Source: Actinopolymorphaceae bacterium
GTDB taxonomy: Bacteria > Actinomycetota > Actinomycetes > Propionibacteriales > DAIQRJ01
Reading direction: 5' to 3'
Assembly (NCBI GenBank): GCA_036786375.1
Contig: DAIQRJ010000005.1
Location: 80,635-144,634 of the forward strand
DNA: 64,000 nucleotides
Numbering within the stretch: the stretch's first letter is position 1; every line of letters starts with the position of its first letter. The notes under the pieces are model-generated. The model was not told where the DNA came from and made no database searches. It saw only the letters and a list, made by a program, of their open reading frames with translations. This document shows, piece by piece, positions 63,457 through 64,000 of the stretch. The translations under genes were made by a program, and so were the position numbers.

Positions 63457-64000
63457 TCACGCCACGTCAGCTGGCAGCGCGTGCGTCTTGACGGCTCGCA
63501 GGATGTCGGCGATGACATCGACGTCCGCGTCGGGGAATATCGCGTCGATGTGGCCGTAGTCGGTGTACGGCGACTCGTAGAGCCGCTCGATCTCCATCAC
63601 GCCGTTGGCCGTCAGTTCGTTGACGATCAGGGAGATGAAGCGCACCTGGTTCAGGGAGAACTTGGTCTCGTCCAGATACTCGGCGAATGCCTCGTTGACC
63701 GCCGTCCGGTCCAGGCCGACCAGCGAACGGATGAAGAGGCCGAGCGCGCCGGCCTTCTCCTCCACCCACGTTATGTCGTCTTGTTCCCCGGCGACCGCCA
63801 CGAGCATGTCCGACAGCGATCTGAGGTCGCCTGGCGTGAGCTGACGATTGCGGCGGAGCTTCTGCAGCGCGACGTGGTCCTCGTGGTCCTTCAGGTATGC
63901 CGCAGCCTTGGCCCGGAACCACTCCCAGTTCAGGCCCGAGATGACATGCGGAAAGTCGACGATCTTGGAAACGTCGATGGTGTCCTCGAAGTCGGTGTAG
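63457..64000 (-). CDS. hsdR: Type I restriction enzyme R subunit, C-terminal end (5-prime part beyond window)
   Basis: The minus-strand frame is open from the window edge to the stop at 63457 (..YTDFEDTIDVSKIVDFPHVISGLNWEWFRAKAAAYLKDHEDHVALQKLRRNRQLTPGDLRSLSDMLVAVAG..FSLNQVRFISLIVNELTANGVMEIERLYESPYTDYG..). This matches the EcoEI-type HsdR C-terminal domain. Confidence 0.7.
   Translation of the reverse strand, partial: YTDFEDTIDVSKIVDFPHVISGLNWEWFRAKAAAYLKDHEDHVALQKLRRNRQLTPGDLRSLSDMLVAVAGEQDDITWVEEKAGALGLFIRSLVGLDRTAVNEAFAEYLDETKFSLNQVRFISLIVNELTANGVMEIERLYESPYTDYGHIDAIFPDADVDVIADILRAVKTHALPADVA

Noticed and set aside
62459-63460. 333-aa minus-strand ORF covering the kinase locus
   Set aside because: It lies antisense to the kinase ORF, which has canonical catalytic motifs. 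The antisense translation has no recognisable features.
1-64000. CRISPR arrays, tandem repeats, IS elements, rRNA genes
   Set aside because: Reading through the intergenic regions showed no regularly spaced direct repeats, transposase or integrase-like ORFs, or rRNA-like stretches. This was a visual scan, not an exhaustive computational one.

Overview
Very GC-rich, gene-dense, actinobacterial-type chromosomal DNA. GTG/TTG starts and 4-nt ATGA/GTGA gene overlaps are common. Long antisense ORFs appear in nearly every frame, so many long track ORFs are GC artefacts. I call about 65 protein-coding genes or gene remnants. I saw no rRNA, tRNA, CRISPR array, transposase or integrase. The window falls into three blocks. 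(1) 1-37.6 kb holds mixed metabolism and regulation. It contains a peptide ABC ATPase, a sulfatase, an HNH/DUF222 gene, a translationally coupled lat-DUF1338-pcd lysine-catabolism trio, a LuxR/HisKA_3 two-component system with an ABC-2 exporter, a heparinase II/III-like protein, and a broken ECF sigma gene with its membrane partner. It also contains ArfB, a PolA-like polymerase, an ECF sigma/YciI pair, TetR plus an ABC-2 exporter, three tandem GAF-ANTAR regulators, a ROK regulator, DUF1479 and an aldo-keto reductase. This block carries several apparent pseudogenes (dhaK, sigma factor, acyltransferase-3, a DUF6886-like gene, possibly a lipoprotein). (2) 37.7-57.4 kb is a stress/dormancy-type island. 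It holds YtxH, CsbD, PPK2, four PPOX-family paralogs, two paralogous Zn-ADHs, a P-type ATPase and a GNAT plus NDP-forming-ACS-like (PatA-type) protein. It also holds a flavodoxin, a membrane GGDEF-EAL protein, NIPSNAP, three USP genes, a BON protein and Hsp20. Its promoter regions share a recurring GGGNC-N4-GNCCC palindrome that resembles the DosR/DevR box, but no cognate regulator lies in the window. (3) 57.7-64 kb is an islet with lower GC3. It holds a long ADP-ribosylglycohydrolase, a Fic protein, an RHH-MazF toxin-antitoxin pair, a 55-aa ORF, an orphan minimal Hanks-type kinase, and the 3-prime end of a type I restriction hsdR. All functional calls come from motif and family recognition by eye. 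No database search or computation was run, and start codons are predictions.
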